Virus record (IMG/VR): IMGVR_UViG_3300044825_002278
Span: 1 to 64,000 of that record
Source of the DNA: a virus
Direction: 5' to 3' (one strand)
Length of the DNA stretch: 64,000 nucleotides
Positions 9,088 to 17,463 of this stretch are shown here, one piece after another (the stretch's first letter is position 1; each line of letters starts with the position of its first letter). The notes beneath the pieces are model-generated. The model had not been told where the DNA came from. It searched no databases and worked only from the letters and a program-made list of their open reading frames with translations. Position numbers and translations under genes: made by a program.

Positions 9088-9315
9088 ATGAAGCTTAGGA
9101 TTAAAAATAAAATCGTTGGCGAAGATGAGTTATTTTGGGTCGAACTTAATATAAATGGTGAGCGGATTTCAACCGACATTCACGCAAATTCTATAGAAGA
9201 AGCTGAAATTCTAGCCATTAAGCTTGAAAAACTTGCATACGAAATATATAGTGATGCATATTGGGCGGGCGGAAATAACGTATCGCAGCGTATAAAAGAA
9301 ATACTTGGAATTTAA
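9088..9315 (+). CDS. Hypothetical protein
   Basis: ORF downstream of promoter. Confidence 0.45.
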   Translation: MKLRIKNKIVGEDELFWVELNINGERISTDIHANSIEEAEILAIKLEKLAYEIYSDAYWAGGNNVSQRIKEILGI

Positions 9316-9316
9316 G

Positions 9317-9649
9317 ATGGATAAAATAAAAAAACAAGCATTAGAAGCTGCTGGTTGGAAATTTGGTGATGCAGAAGATTTTTTAAATGAAGGGCGAACA
9401 ATGAACATAGACGAAGCAATTGAGATTGCGACCTCAACGGCAATCACGCTAACCAAACTTGAGATGGCTGAGGTTGCGGAAGTGCTTGCCGCCGAAGTTG
9501 AGCGACTGCGAGCCATCACGATTTTTCGTAACGGGTTTCTGCGGTGTCACGATTTACTGGTGACGGTTTACGGGTGTCTGTCCAGTGGCCAGTTTGTGCC
9601 GAAGGAAACGATGGAGCTAATCAGGAAGGAAGTGGAGGGCGAACAATGA
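9317..9649 (+). CDS. Cassette-array protein 1 (coiled coil, Ead/Ea22-like) with an extra N-terminal peptide
   Basis: Internal MNIDEA at 9401 and LAAEVERLRA. Confidence 0.55.
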   Translation: MDKIKKQALEAAGWKFGDAEDFLNEGRTMNIDEAIEIATSTAITLTKLEMAEVAEVLAAEVERLRAITIFRNGFLRCHDLLVTVYGCLSSGQFVPKETMELIRKEVEGEQ

Positions 9650-9837
9650 ACGTGGATGAGGCGATGGCTTACGCATCGAAAGACAAATGTTTTTGGACTG
9701 GCGAAGTACATACGGCACTAGAAACGCTTGCCGCCGAAGTCGAGCGACTGCGGGCTGAACTGGCAAAGTCTAGCGAAACGATTAAGTCGCAGCAGGCAAT
9801 CATACACCGATACAAAACAGGAAAGTGGTGGCGATGA
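9646..9837 (+). CDS. Cassette-array protein 2
   Basis: MNVDEAM...LAAEVERLRAEL; GGAGG RBS; ATGA coupling. Confidence 0.6.
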   Translation: MNVDEAMAYASKDKCFWTGEVHTALETLAAEVERLRAELAKSSETIKSQQAIIHRYKTGKWWR

Positions 9838-10025
9838 ACGTAGACGAGGCGATGAAGTACGCAGCCGGGTACGAGGAAGATGCTGAACAGGAGGAAGGTC
9901 TGCTTGCCGGTGAGCGAGTGGCGATTGCCCTTGCCACCGAAGTCGAGCGACTGCGGGCCGAACTGGCCGCAATGAAAGCGGAGCTGGAGGACATACAACG
10001 CGAAAACGAGTGGAGAAATGGATAA
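9834..10025 (+). CDS. Cassette-array protein 3
   Basis: MNVDEAM...LATEVERLRAEL; ATGA coupling. Confidence 0.6.
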   Translation: MNVDEAMKYAAGYEEDAEQEEGLLAGERVAIALATEVERLRAELAAMKAELEDIQRENEWRNG

Positions 10026-10052
10026 GAGACCGAATGAAGGAGAAAACTCAAT

Positions 10053-10448
10053 ATGAGGGCAAGTTTAGATCAAGCAATGGGTACAGCACATGGGTTGTCG
10101 CACAATGCCGATCTTGGTTGTTATATGGAATATAACGAACAAGTAATAATAACGCTTGCGAACGAAGTAAAACGATTGCAAGCCGAAATAAAACTACAAA
10201 ATAAAGATTGGTGCGAAGATGACGAAGCAATCAAGCAGCAAGCTTTGAGGGTGCTGGATGCTGCCAAGGTCGAAGGCGATTCGGTTTACGTACCAAGAAT
10301 GGGCGCATTGGCTGAAATGATGGCCGATGAAATCGAACGACTTAGAATTTGGAACAAGCGGTGGCGTGATGTTTCCGCTAGATTGCGATTAACTTTGGCT
10401 GAATTGATAACCGAAGAATTGAAACAAGGAAAACATTATGAAACTTAA
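10053..10448 (+). CDS. Cassette-array-related coiled-coil protein
   Basis: LDQAM...LANEVKRLQAE...MADEIERLR. Confidence 0.55.
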   Translation: MRASLDQAMGTAHGLSHNADLGCYMEYNEQVIITLANEVKRLQAEIKLQNKDWCEDDEAIKQQALRVLDAAKVEGDSVYVPRMGALAEMMADEIERLRIWNKRWRDVSARLRLTLAELITEELKQGKHYET

Positions 10449-10707
10449 CTTGAGCGAAAGGGTAAGGGCCAATAGCGAAGCTGCTCCTTGGGTGATCGAT
10501 GAAATTAAAGCACTGGAAAAAGAATTAGAGCAACTACGTGCTGGACTTGAAAGAATGAAAACAGTAAGTATTTGTCCGGTACATGTACGCTCAATGTGGG
10601 TTCACGAAAGCCACGGCAGCTTAACTGTTTATTGCAGAACGGGCGAAAGCGCGAAGCTATTGGAAAAATGGATAAGCGACCGCATGAAGGAAAGGAACCA
10701 AAAGTGA
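10438..10707 (+). CDS. Hypothetical protein
   Basis: Overlapping gene string; LSERVRANSEAAPWVIDEIKALE. Confidence 0.55.
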   Translation: MKLNLSERVRANSEAAPWVIDEIKALEKELEQLRAGLERMKTVSICPVHVRSMWVHESHGSLTVYCRTGESAKLLEKWISDRMKERNQK

Positions 10708-11039
10708 ACGTCGATGAAATGGAACTAGCGATTTACAATAACATAGACGCGCTGCAAGCTGAAATTAAAGAGCGTCAAGCGGCTATAAAAGAGCTATTGA
10801 CAAAGCTTCCATATGGATATATAATTGTTAGAACATTCATTAAAGATTTTAAGTCTCATACATCTTCGTATAAGAAAGGATTTATTCACTACTATAACTT
10901 TCTTACTTACCATTGGATCAAAGAAAAAGAAGCGGCTTATGTATTTAAAAGTTTTCAAGATGCTGAACATATGGCTAAAATGATACCAAATCATATTCCA
11001 GATTATGTTGAAATTAAAATTGAAAGGATTGCAAAGTGA
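10704..11039 (+). CDS. Hypothetical protein starting with (M)NVDE
   Basis: GTGA coupling, AAGGA RBS. Confidence 0.55.
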   Translation: MNVDEMELAIYNNIDALQAEIKERQAAIKELLTKLPYGYIIVRTFIKDFKSHTSSYKKGFIHYYNFLTYHWIKEKEAAYVFKSFQDAEHMAKMIPNHIPDYVEIKIERIAK

Positions 11040-11359
11040 ACAGTGATTTTTGGAACAGTCTAGACACACAATTAATGGTAACAGCGGCACATCGTTATTG
11101 CTTGGGGCGACAGTCTTATATTGTCGGAGCAGCAATTGACTGGCTATGCAAGCACAGGGAACATTTCGAGCGAAATACCATTCGTGTTATTGTGCGCGAT
11201 ACAGTCGAAGCGTTGCAAGACAATCAAGCTGGATCAGAGTATATTGATGTTCCGGGATGGAAAAAATTAGCCAAAGAGTTTTATGACGCAATACCAGCCG
11301 AAGATCAAGAATGGGTTCGCAATAGCGTTGCACACAAGAGGGAAAAATGGCCACTCTAG
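11036..11359 (+). CDS. Hypothetical phage protein
   Basis: AHRYCLGRQSYIV motif; GTGA coupling. Confidence 0.6.
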   Translation: MNSDFWNSLDTQLMVTAAHRYCLGRQSYIVGAAIDWLCKHREHFERNTIRVIVRDTVEALQDNQAGSEYIDVPGWKKLAKEFYDAIPAEDQEWVRNSVAHKREKWPL

Positions 11360-11495
11360 AACATAAATTGGTTTATCTATCAAATAAGATTATGGCTTAC
11401 GGAATCGCCGTTGGTGACAAAGAGGCGTTCGATACGCTTGTTGAAGCGGTAGAGTTGATTCAGCGGCTATCAAATAATGAAAAAGGTACTCAAAA

Positions 11496-11975
11496 ATGAA
11501 ATTTGGATATAAAGAAATCAAAGAGTTTGCCGAAAATCACGAAGATGAACGTGTGCAGATTATGTATCGTAAACTTTGTGAAACAAGATCAAGAACCGCA
11601 AAATGGTGCGATGCTGCTGTTGCAGCAGAAACCAGAGTTAAAGAACTAGAACAAGAACTCCACAAAGCTGGTGACGGTGATACGTGGCGCGAAGCTTGTG
11701 GTCGATTAGAAGCAGAAATCGTTAGACTTATCGAAGAAAATAAAATCTTGCGATCAGGCTGGCGTAGACAATCAGAAAAACACCACGGATGGGGCAAATA
11801 TGAATGGTGGAATGAACCAATAAAAACTCCAGTTAAATGGAATACAACTACAACCGGACATACTAACTGTGAAAAATGTAACGGAACCGGCACTATTCCA
11901 TTTCAAACAGTCGAACCCGGAACAATGAAATTCGATACGGCGTGGATAAAGTGTGATTGGTGTAATCTTGGATAA
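11496..11975 (+). CDS. Coiled-coil protein with C-terminal CxxCxGxG zinc finger
   Basis: CEKCNGTG...CDWC. Confidence 0.6.
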   Translation: MKFGYKEIKEFAENHEDERVQIMYRKLCETRSRTAKWCDAAVAAETRVKELEQELHKAGDGDTWREACGRLEAEIVRLIEENKILRSGWRRQSEKHHGWGKYEWWNEPIKTPVKWNTTTTGHTNCEKCNGTGTIPFQTVEPGTMKFDTAWIKCDWCNLG

Positions 11976-11987
11976 AAAACTTTTTAT

Positions 11988-12028
11988 TCAAGTTCAGAGC
12001 TTGACAACCCGATAACATAACATATAAT
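11988..12028 (+). promoter_or_regulatory. Dual sigma70/sigma28-like promoter
   Basis: TTGACA-16-TATAAT and TCAA-16-CCCGATAA. Confidence 0.75.
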
Positions 12029-12110
12029 GATCATGTAACATTCGTGCCAAAAGTTTTGTGTATTGCGTTGGCACGAAATTGTCTCAGAAGCAATTAACTA
12101 GGAGATCAAC

Positions 12111-12479
12111 GTGAACGAAGAACATGCAGCATTTGGGGCATTTTTAATACAAACAATTGCCGAGAGTTGTGGCATTACAGTAGAGCCAACCTTTAAATGT
12201 TCGGAACTAGAACGTAAAATTGACCGCGCTGTTTACAAAGGTACTGATTGCGGCGCTTGGGTGCGTTTTGACGAGCGTGGTATTGTAGTTGGTAGCATTG
12301 TAGAAGGTAGTGATGCAGAATTTTCTGAAAGAATCGACTTGACCGGAGTTGACATTAGCGACGAAGGTGCTAAAATACTTGCAGAGCGATTCTGGAACAC
12401 TATTGAGAAAATCAATGGTCTAGCTTGTGACGCTTGGGAAGAAGCACATTGCAATGATTCTGAATTCTATTTTAATTAA
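12111..12479 (+). CDS. Hypothetical protein
   Basis: AGGAG RBS, GTG start; YKGTDCGAW..VGSIVEGSDAEF. Confidence 0.65.
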   Translation: MNEEHAAFGAFLIQTIAESCGITVEPTFKCSELERKIDRAVYKGTDCGAWVRFDERGIVVGSIVEGSDAEFSERIDLTGVDISDEGAKILAERFWNTIEKINGLACDAWEEAHCNDSEFYFN

Positions 12480-12494
12480 AGGCTGGAGATCGAA

Positions 12495-12902
12495 ATGAAT
12501 CGTCAAGAAATTTTTAATCACGTTGTTGAACATGCCAAGACTATGAATGGTCCGTCGTATTTCATGGAAAATAATCGCAGTCCAACCTGTGCCTATCGTG
12601 GATGCAACGGCAACAAGTGTTTAATCGGAGCAGTTCTTCCCGACAATTTATATTGTCCAGCTATGGAATCAAATATCATAGAAAACCTACTTTCAGAGTA
12701 TCCAGAAGTTGATGACTATTTTCAAGTGCAAAACGAAGAAGATGTTCAGTTTCTGTCATATCTTCAAGCGTGTCACGACGATGCGTGTAGTAATGGTGTG
12801 CGATTTGTTCCACACACAATATCGCCCGACGTTTTTAAGCGTAATCTTATGCAAAATCTAAAAACTTTTGCCGATATACAAGGATTAGTATTTAACAATT
12901 GA
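12495..12902 (+). CDS. Hypothetical phage protein
   Basis: GGAG RBS; CAYRG..KCLIG..LQACHD motif. Confidence 0.65.
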   Translation: MNRQEIFNHVVEHAKTMNGPSYFMENNRSPTCAYRGCNGNKCLIGAVLPDNLYCPAMESNIIENLLSEYPEVDDYFQVQNEEDVQFLSYLQACHDDACSNGVRFVPHTISPDVFKRNLMQNLKTFADIQGLVFNN

Positions 12903-12935
12903 TTATTTTTTGTCTAATTTATAGAGGATTTTGAA

Positions 12936-13295
12936 ATGAAAGTTGCTGTTTACGGAACATTGCGCGAAGGTTTTGGAAATCATCGTTTGCTTGCTGGATC
13001 TGAATTTATTGGAAAAACAAAAACAGAACCAATTTTTACAATGTATGGAAGTGCAATTCCTTGGATTGTAGCAGGTGGAAATACGGCCATAACTGTAGAA
13101 GTTTATGAAGTCGATGAAGTTACTATGCGAAATTTGGATAGGCTTGAGGGTTATCCTTATTATTATGATCGCAAAGAAGTTTCAACTGAATTTGGCGATG
13201 CTTGGATTTATTTTCGAGAAGAATCAGGAAAAGACGAAATACCAAGCGGAGATTGGGCGCAAAAAGTTCTAGAAAAATTTGAAATACCTTGGTGA
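12936..13295 (+). CDS. Gamma-glutamylcyclotransferase (AIG2-like)
   Basis: VAVYGTLR.G..NH and LDRLEGYP motifs. Confidence 0.9.
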   Translation: MKVAVYGTLREGFGNHRLLAGSEFIGKTKTEPIFTMYGSAIPWIVAGGNTAITVEVYEVDEVTMRNLDRLEGYPYYYDRKEVSTEFGDAWIYFREESGKDEIPSGDWAQKVLEKFEIPW

Positions 13296-13316
13296 TTGTG
13301 CTATAATAAATAACAT

Positions 13317-13400
13317 GGCGTTGTGACGTAACGGCAGCCGTAACGGACTTAAAATCCGTTGGGAATTAATCCCGTGTGGGTTCGACTCCCACCAACGCTA
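13317..13400 (+). tRNA. tRNA-Leu(TAA)
   Basis: GGCGTTG/CAACGCT acceptor, ACGGA-CTTAAAA-TCCGT anticodon arm, long variable arm. Confidence 0.93.
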
Positions 13401-13419
13401 TTTTAGATAAGGAACAATT

Positions 13420-14163
13420 ATGTATCACCCATACAAAAAAGAATATAGTGTTTTACCTAACTTAGAAAAGTTTTCTGGTTCTCCATTTCACAAGGATGTT
13501 TTTTATGAAGAATATGTTCAACAAAAAAATTCAGTTACCCAAAAAAGAAACCCTGTACTTTATTATAGGATTAATAAAGCTATACTTGATTATACAGGGA
13601 GCTTCATAGGTCAAAATTGCGACTGGGTAAAGCCTCCGTATACTTTTGAAAATGCGTGTATGCAGTTGCAGGAAGACGTAGCCATTCATAGGGTCGATAG
13701 GTCCAATGAATCGGATTGGCTTGCTGCGACTCATATATGTTTTCCATCGAGTTGGCGACCAGAAGAAAAAATTGGAAAGTGTTTGGCGGAAATTCATCAA
13801 CCAATTCCCGGAATGAATTTAAAAAACAGCTATAAACTAGCTGAAACGTCGGCTCGTCTTGGGCCTTTCCAAAGATTTGTATGGTCGCCAATTTTTGAAA
13901 AACGTCTTGATTTTCATCCAGACAATCCAAAGCAAGAGTTTGATCCAAAAAATCCTAAGATTTATGTAAAGGTAGAAAAGCAAATTACTTGGCCAGTTCC
14001 AGAGTTTGATGCTTTTATTTTTATTCTGCGGCAATATATAGTCGAACCAGATCTTGTTGATTTGTATCGCACATGCTACAAAATGACACCCGAGCAGAAA
14101 AAGTACAAAGGAATCAGCGAAGAGTTCCTTAATTTTCTGTTTTCTTACTTGGATAACGATTAA
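13420..14163 (+). CDS. DUF3445 / heme-dependent oxidative N-demethylase alpha-like protein
   Basis: QED..L.A..CFPSSW.PEEKIG..L.EIH.PIPG motif. Confidence 0.75.
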   Translation: MYHPYKKEYSVLPNLEKFSGSPFHKDVFYEEYVQQKNSVTQKRNPVLYYRINKAILDYTGSFIGQNCDWVKPPYTFENACMQLQEDVAIHRVDRSNESDWLAATHICFPSSWRPEEKIGKCLAEIHQPIPGMNLKNSYKLAETSARLGPFQRFVWSPIFEKRLDFHPDNPKQEFDPKNPKIYVKVEKQITWPVPEFDAFIFILRQYIVEPDLVDLYRTCYKMTPEQKKYKGISEEFLNFLFSYLDND

Positions 14164-14196
14164 AGTGTTGACATTATCGTCCCGAAATACTATAAC
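14161..14196 (+). promoter_or_regulatory. Dual sigma70/sigma28-like promoter
   Basis: TTGACA-17-TATAAC and TAAA-16-CCCGAAAT. Confidence 0.55.
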
Positions 14197-14228
14197 TATA
14201 CTGTGTCAATACTTAACGGAGATTGTAA

Positions 14229-15272
14229 ATGTATAACTTGTGCTGCATCAGCAACGAACTAAAACAACAAGGTCATTCTTTCAAGACTATGACTTGGAAG
14301 CGTTTCAATGAACTTATCGCTCTCAATGGGCGTGATAAAGCATTGTATGAACTTGGCGAGCGATGGTTAAACAATGTTCGTGTTACAGCAGAAACAATTA
14401 GACACTGCGGTAAAAACGGATGGGGTTATCGTATTTCGTCTGATTTGTTTCCGTTGGTTACGCATCCAGATGCAGACTTTTTATTTAGTCAAATTCCACA
14501 GTATCAGCAAATTGTCGATGTTCTCAGAGATATTGCAGCAACAAACAAAGATCCTGTTACCGGCAACCAAATAGTTAGACTATCTACGCATCCAGATCAA
14601 TTCAATGTATTGGCAAGCGAAAATATTGAGTCAGTGCGTAAAACTATCCGTGAATTGTCGCATCATGCTATGATCATGGACATGATGGGTTGCGAGCAAA
14701 ATTATAACAATCCAATCAATATTCATGTTAATTGCACAAGCGGAACACCAGAAGATATTGCAATGCGATTTGCTTATTGGCTTAGTGTTGCACCCCATAA
14801 TGTACGTTCTCGACTTGTTGTAGAAAACGAAGATAAGGGTATTTGGACAGTAAGTAATCTGCTTAAATACTTTTGGGAAGAGTATGGAATACCAATTACA
14901 TTCGATAATCTACATCATAAATGCAATCCGTGTGACTTGTCAGAATCGCTTGCTATGGCTCATTGTGCTGGTACTTGGTATCATTGCAATGCCAAACCAC
15001 TGTTTCATTATAGCGAATCTTGTCCAAATAATAAAAACAAACGCGCTCATGCTGAAATGCCAACAGATATCCCACCGTCTGATAAATATGATTTTGACAT
15101 TGAGTTAAAAAACAAAGATAAAGCAATACGAGCTTTGTACTTAATTGAACTAACGCACGAAGCTCAGTCTAATGGCTTTTATGATATTGGACCTCAGCGT
15201 GGTCCAAGCAGCGTTGCAAAAATAAATGCAGAAACTAAATCTGTTAATGTTCAATTGAAGGAATTATCATGA
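14229..15272 (+). CDS. uvsE: UV damage endonuclease
   Basis: YRISSDLFP, RLSTHPDQF, INIH, LVVENED, FDNLHH, FHYSES, AHA motifs. Confidence 0.9.
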   Translation: MYNLCCISNELKQQGHSFKTMTWKRFNELIALNGRDKALYELGERWLNNVRVTAETIRHCGKNGWGYRISSDLFPLVTHPDADFLFSQIPQYQQIVDVLRDIAATNKDPVTGNQIVRLSTHPDQFNVLASENIESVRKTIRELSHHAMIMDMMGCEQNYNNPINIHVNCTSGTPEDIAMRFAYWLSVAPHNVRSRLVVENEDKGIWTVSNLLKYFWEEYGIPITFDNLHHKCNPCDLSESLAMAHCAGTWYHCNAKPLFHYSESCPNNKNKRAHAEMPTDIPPSDKYDFDIELKNKDKAIRALYLIELTHEAQSNGFYDIGPQRGPSSVAKINAETKSVNVQLKELS

Positions 15273-16081
15273 CTTATAAAGTAGGAATAATTGGCCGAGG
15301 ATTTGTTGGCGGAGCGATTGAGTCTTATCTTAAAGATAAGTGCGATGTTGTATCTTACGATATACACGACTCTGTGGATGCTGACCAAGGTTACAAAAAT
15401 GTAGTTGATCATTCTGAAATTATTTATGTTTGTGTTCCCACTCCACAAAACAATGATGGAAGTTTCTGTAAAGAAATTCTAGAACAAAGTATTAGATTGA
15501 TAAACTTTCATGCTGCGCAAAAAACAGAGCGACCAATTGTCGCTATAAAATCAACAATGTCGCCCGGAACATTCGATGACTTTTATAATGTTTACGAAAA
15601 CATAGATATGGTTGTCAGTCCAGAATTTTTAACCGAACGAACTGCGATTGAAGATGTTGCAAATACAAAAATCCATTTAGTTGGAGGATATTCGCTAAAT
15701 GCTGCACAACCATTGATGGATTTTATTTGGGCAATGTGGCCAAACGCTGATTGTTATTATGGAGAACCAACCGAAGCAGAGTTAATCAAATATATTACAA
15801 ACTCTTTTTTTGCAGTGAAGGTATCGTTTGCAAATCATATTTACAATCTATGCGAGTCTTTGGGCATTGACTATGAAGATATTTGTGAAACAATGCTTGC
15901 CGTAGACCCAAGACTCGGAAATACGCACTGGCAAGTTCCGGGACCAGATGGTAAACTAGGATTTGGAGGAAGGTGCTTTCCAAAAGATTTAAATGGCATG
16001 ATCGATCTTTTTAACAAACTAGGAATTGATTGCGACATTTTGTCCGCTGCAAAAAATTATAATTTAAAAGTAAGGGATTGA
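15269..16081 (+). CDS. UDP-glucose/GDP-mannose dehydrogenase family protein (short form)
   Basis: GRGFVG, VCVPTP, IKST, SPEFL, AELIKY..N, GFGGRCFPKD. Confidence 0.88.
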   Translation: MTYKVGIIGRGFVGGAIESYLKDKCDVVSYDIHDSVDADQGYKNVVDHSEIIYVCVPTPQNNDGSFCKEILEQSIRLINFHAAQKTERPIVAIKSTMSPGTFDDFYNVYENIDMVVSPEFLTERTAIEDVANTKIHLVGGYSLNAAQPLMDFIWAMWPNADCYYGEPTEAELIKYITNSFFAVKVSFANHIYNLCESLGIDYEDICETMLAVDPRLGNTHWQVPGPDGKLGFGGRCFPKDLNGMIDLFNKLGIDCDILSAAKNYNLKVRD

Positions 16082-16082
16082 T

Positions 16083-17138
16083 ATGAAAATAGTTGATGAA
16101 GTTAAACTTGATTTTGATGATATACTTCTTGTTCCTGCGCGTTCGCCAGCGGCAAGCAGAAAAGAAGTTGAGCTTAAACGCTTGTTTAAATTTTTTCATT
16201 CTCCACGACAATGGTATGGTGTACCTATTGTAGCGGCAAACATGGACGTTACGGGAACATTTGCTATGGGCAGTTCTCTACTGAACTGGTCTGCTGTTAC
16301 ATGTCTACACAAACATTATGCAACTGAAGAAATAGTAAAATACTATAAATCAAACAATGTTCAAAATAGTGTTTGGATGAGCATTGGCATGAACCAAGAA
16401 AAGGATATCGATAGGCTTATAGCCGCCGAAGATGCCACTGATTATTCTCCAAATATTTGCATTGATATTGCCAACGGATATACCGAAAAGTTTGTTGAGT
16501 GGTGTGCTAAAGTTAGAAGCAATTTTAAAGATTCAATTATAATGGCTGGCAATGTTTGCACTCCAGAAATGGTGCAGGAATTGATTCTACATGGCGGAGT
16601 TGATATTGTAAAAGTTGGAATTGGTCCCGGAAGTGCTTGTACCACAAGATTAAAGACTGGCGTAGGATACCCTCAACTTTCTGCAATTATAGAGTGTAGC
16701 CATGCTGCTCATGGTCTTAAAAGCGGCGAGGGTAGAATGGGTTTGGTATGTGCTGATGGTGGTTGCAGAATACCAGCCGATGTATGCAAAGCCTTTGCGG
16801 CTAATGCTGATTTTGTTATGCTTGGCGGAATGTTGGCTGGAACAGACGAGTGTGATGGAGAATGGATAACCCAAGAAGATAAGAAATACTTAACATTTTA
16901 TGGAATGTCATCTAAAAAAGCACAAGAAAAACATAATGGCGGCATGGCTGGATACAAAGCAAGCGAAGGACGCATTAAAAAAGTATCATACAAGGGATCA
17001 TCTAACGATGTTATGTCTGAAATATGCGGCGGATTACGCAGTTGTTGTGCTTATATTGGCGCTATTTGTCTAAAAGATTTGCCAAAATGCGCAAAAGCGG
17101 TAAGAGTTAACAGAGTTCACTTTGACAATACGGTATAA
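16083..17138 (+). CDS. guaC: GMP reductase
   Basis: DFDDILLVP, AANMD, KVGIGPGSACTTR, GYPQLSA, ADGGC, FYGMSS, ASEG. Confidence 0.92.
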   Translation: MKIVDEVKLDFDDILLVPARSPAASRKEVELKRLFKFFHSPRQWYGVPIVAANMDVTGTFAMGSSLLNWSAVTCLHKHYATEEIVKYYKSNNVQNSVWMSIGMNQEKDIDRLIAAEDATDYSPNICIDIANGYTEKFVEWCAKVRSNFKDSIIMAGNVCTPEMVQELILHGGVDIVKVGIGPGSACTTRLKTGVGYPQLSAIIECSHAAHGLKSGEGRMGLVCADGGCRIPADVCKAFAANADFVMLGGMLAGTDECDGEWITQEDKKYLTFYGMSSKKAQEKHNGGMAGYKASEGRIKKVSYKGSSNDVMSEICGGLRSCCAYIGAICLKDLPKCAKAVRVNRVHFDNTV

Positions 17139-17140
17139 AA

Positions 17141-17148
17141 TGTGTATA
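17141..17148 (+). promoter_or_regulatory. TGTGTATA motif (putative phage late promoter)
   Basis: Same motif recurs upstream of several genes; here also TTGACA-17-TATAAG. Confidence 0.45.
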
Positions 17149-17184
17149 AGCAATTAAAAGCGAGCTTTTATACTAGAGATTAAA

Positions 17185-17463
17185 ATGAACAATGAAAAAT
17201 TAATCAACACAGTAAAATCAATATACGACTGGCCAATTTCTGATGAAAAAATAATTGAGGTTTATAACAACTTCAAGGATATAATAAAGAATGGCGATGA
17301 AGAAACTGTTGACTTTATGGAATCAGTAATTAAATTTGATAAAAAACAAAGAATGCAATATAGAAATTATCTTGCTTCGATTGGTTTTGAGCTAAGACCA
17401 AACGAACTAGATCAGTATATATTACTTATGATTATTGCAATGTTAGATATGATTGAGGTTTAA
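17185..17463 (+). CDS. Hypothetical protein
   Basis: 92 aa, coupled to the next gene. Confidence 0.55.
   Translation: MNNEKLINTVKSIYDWPISDEKIIEVYNNFKDIIKNGDEETVDFMESVIKFDKKQRMQYRNYLASIGFELRPNELDQYILLMIIAMLDMIEV

Noticed and set aside
9391-10030. Diversity-generating retroelement
   Set aside because: No reverse transcriptase in the window and differences are not adenine-specific
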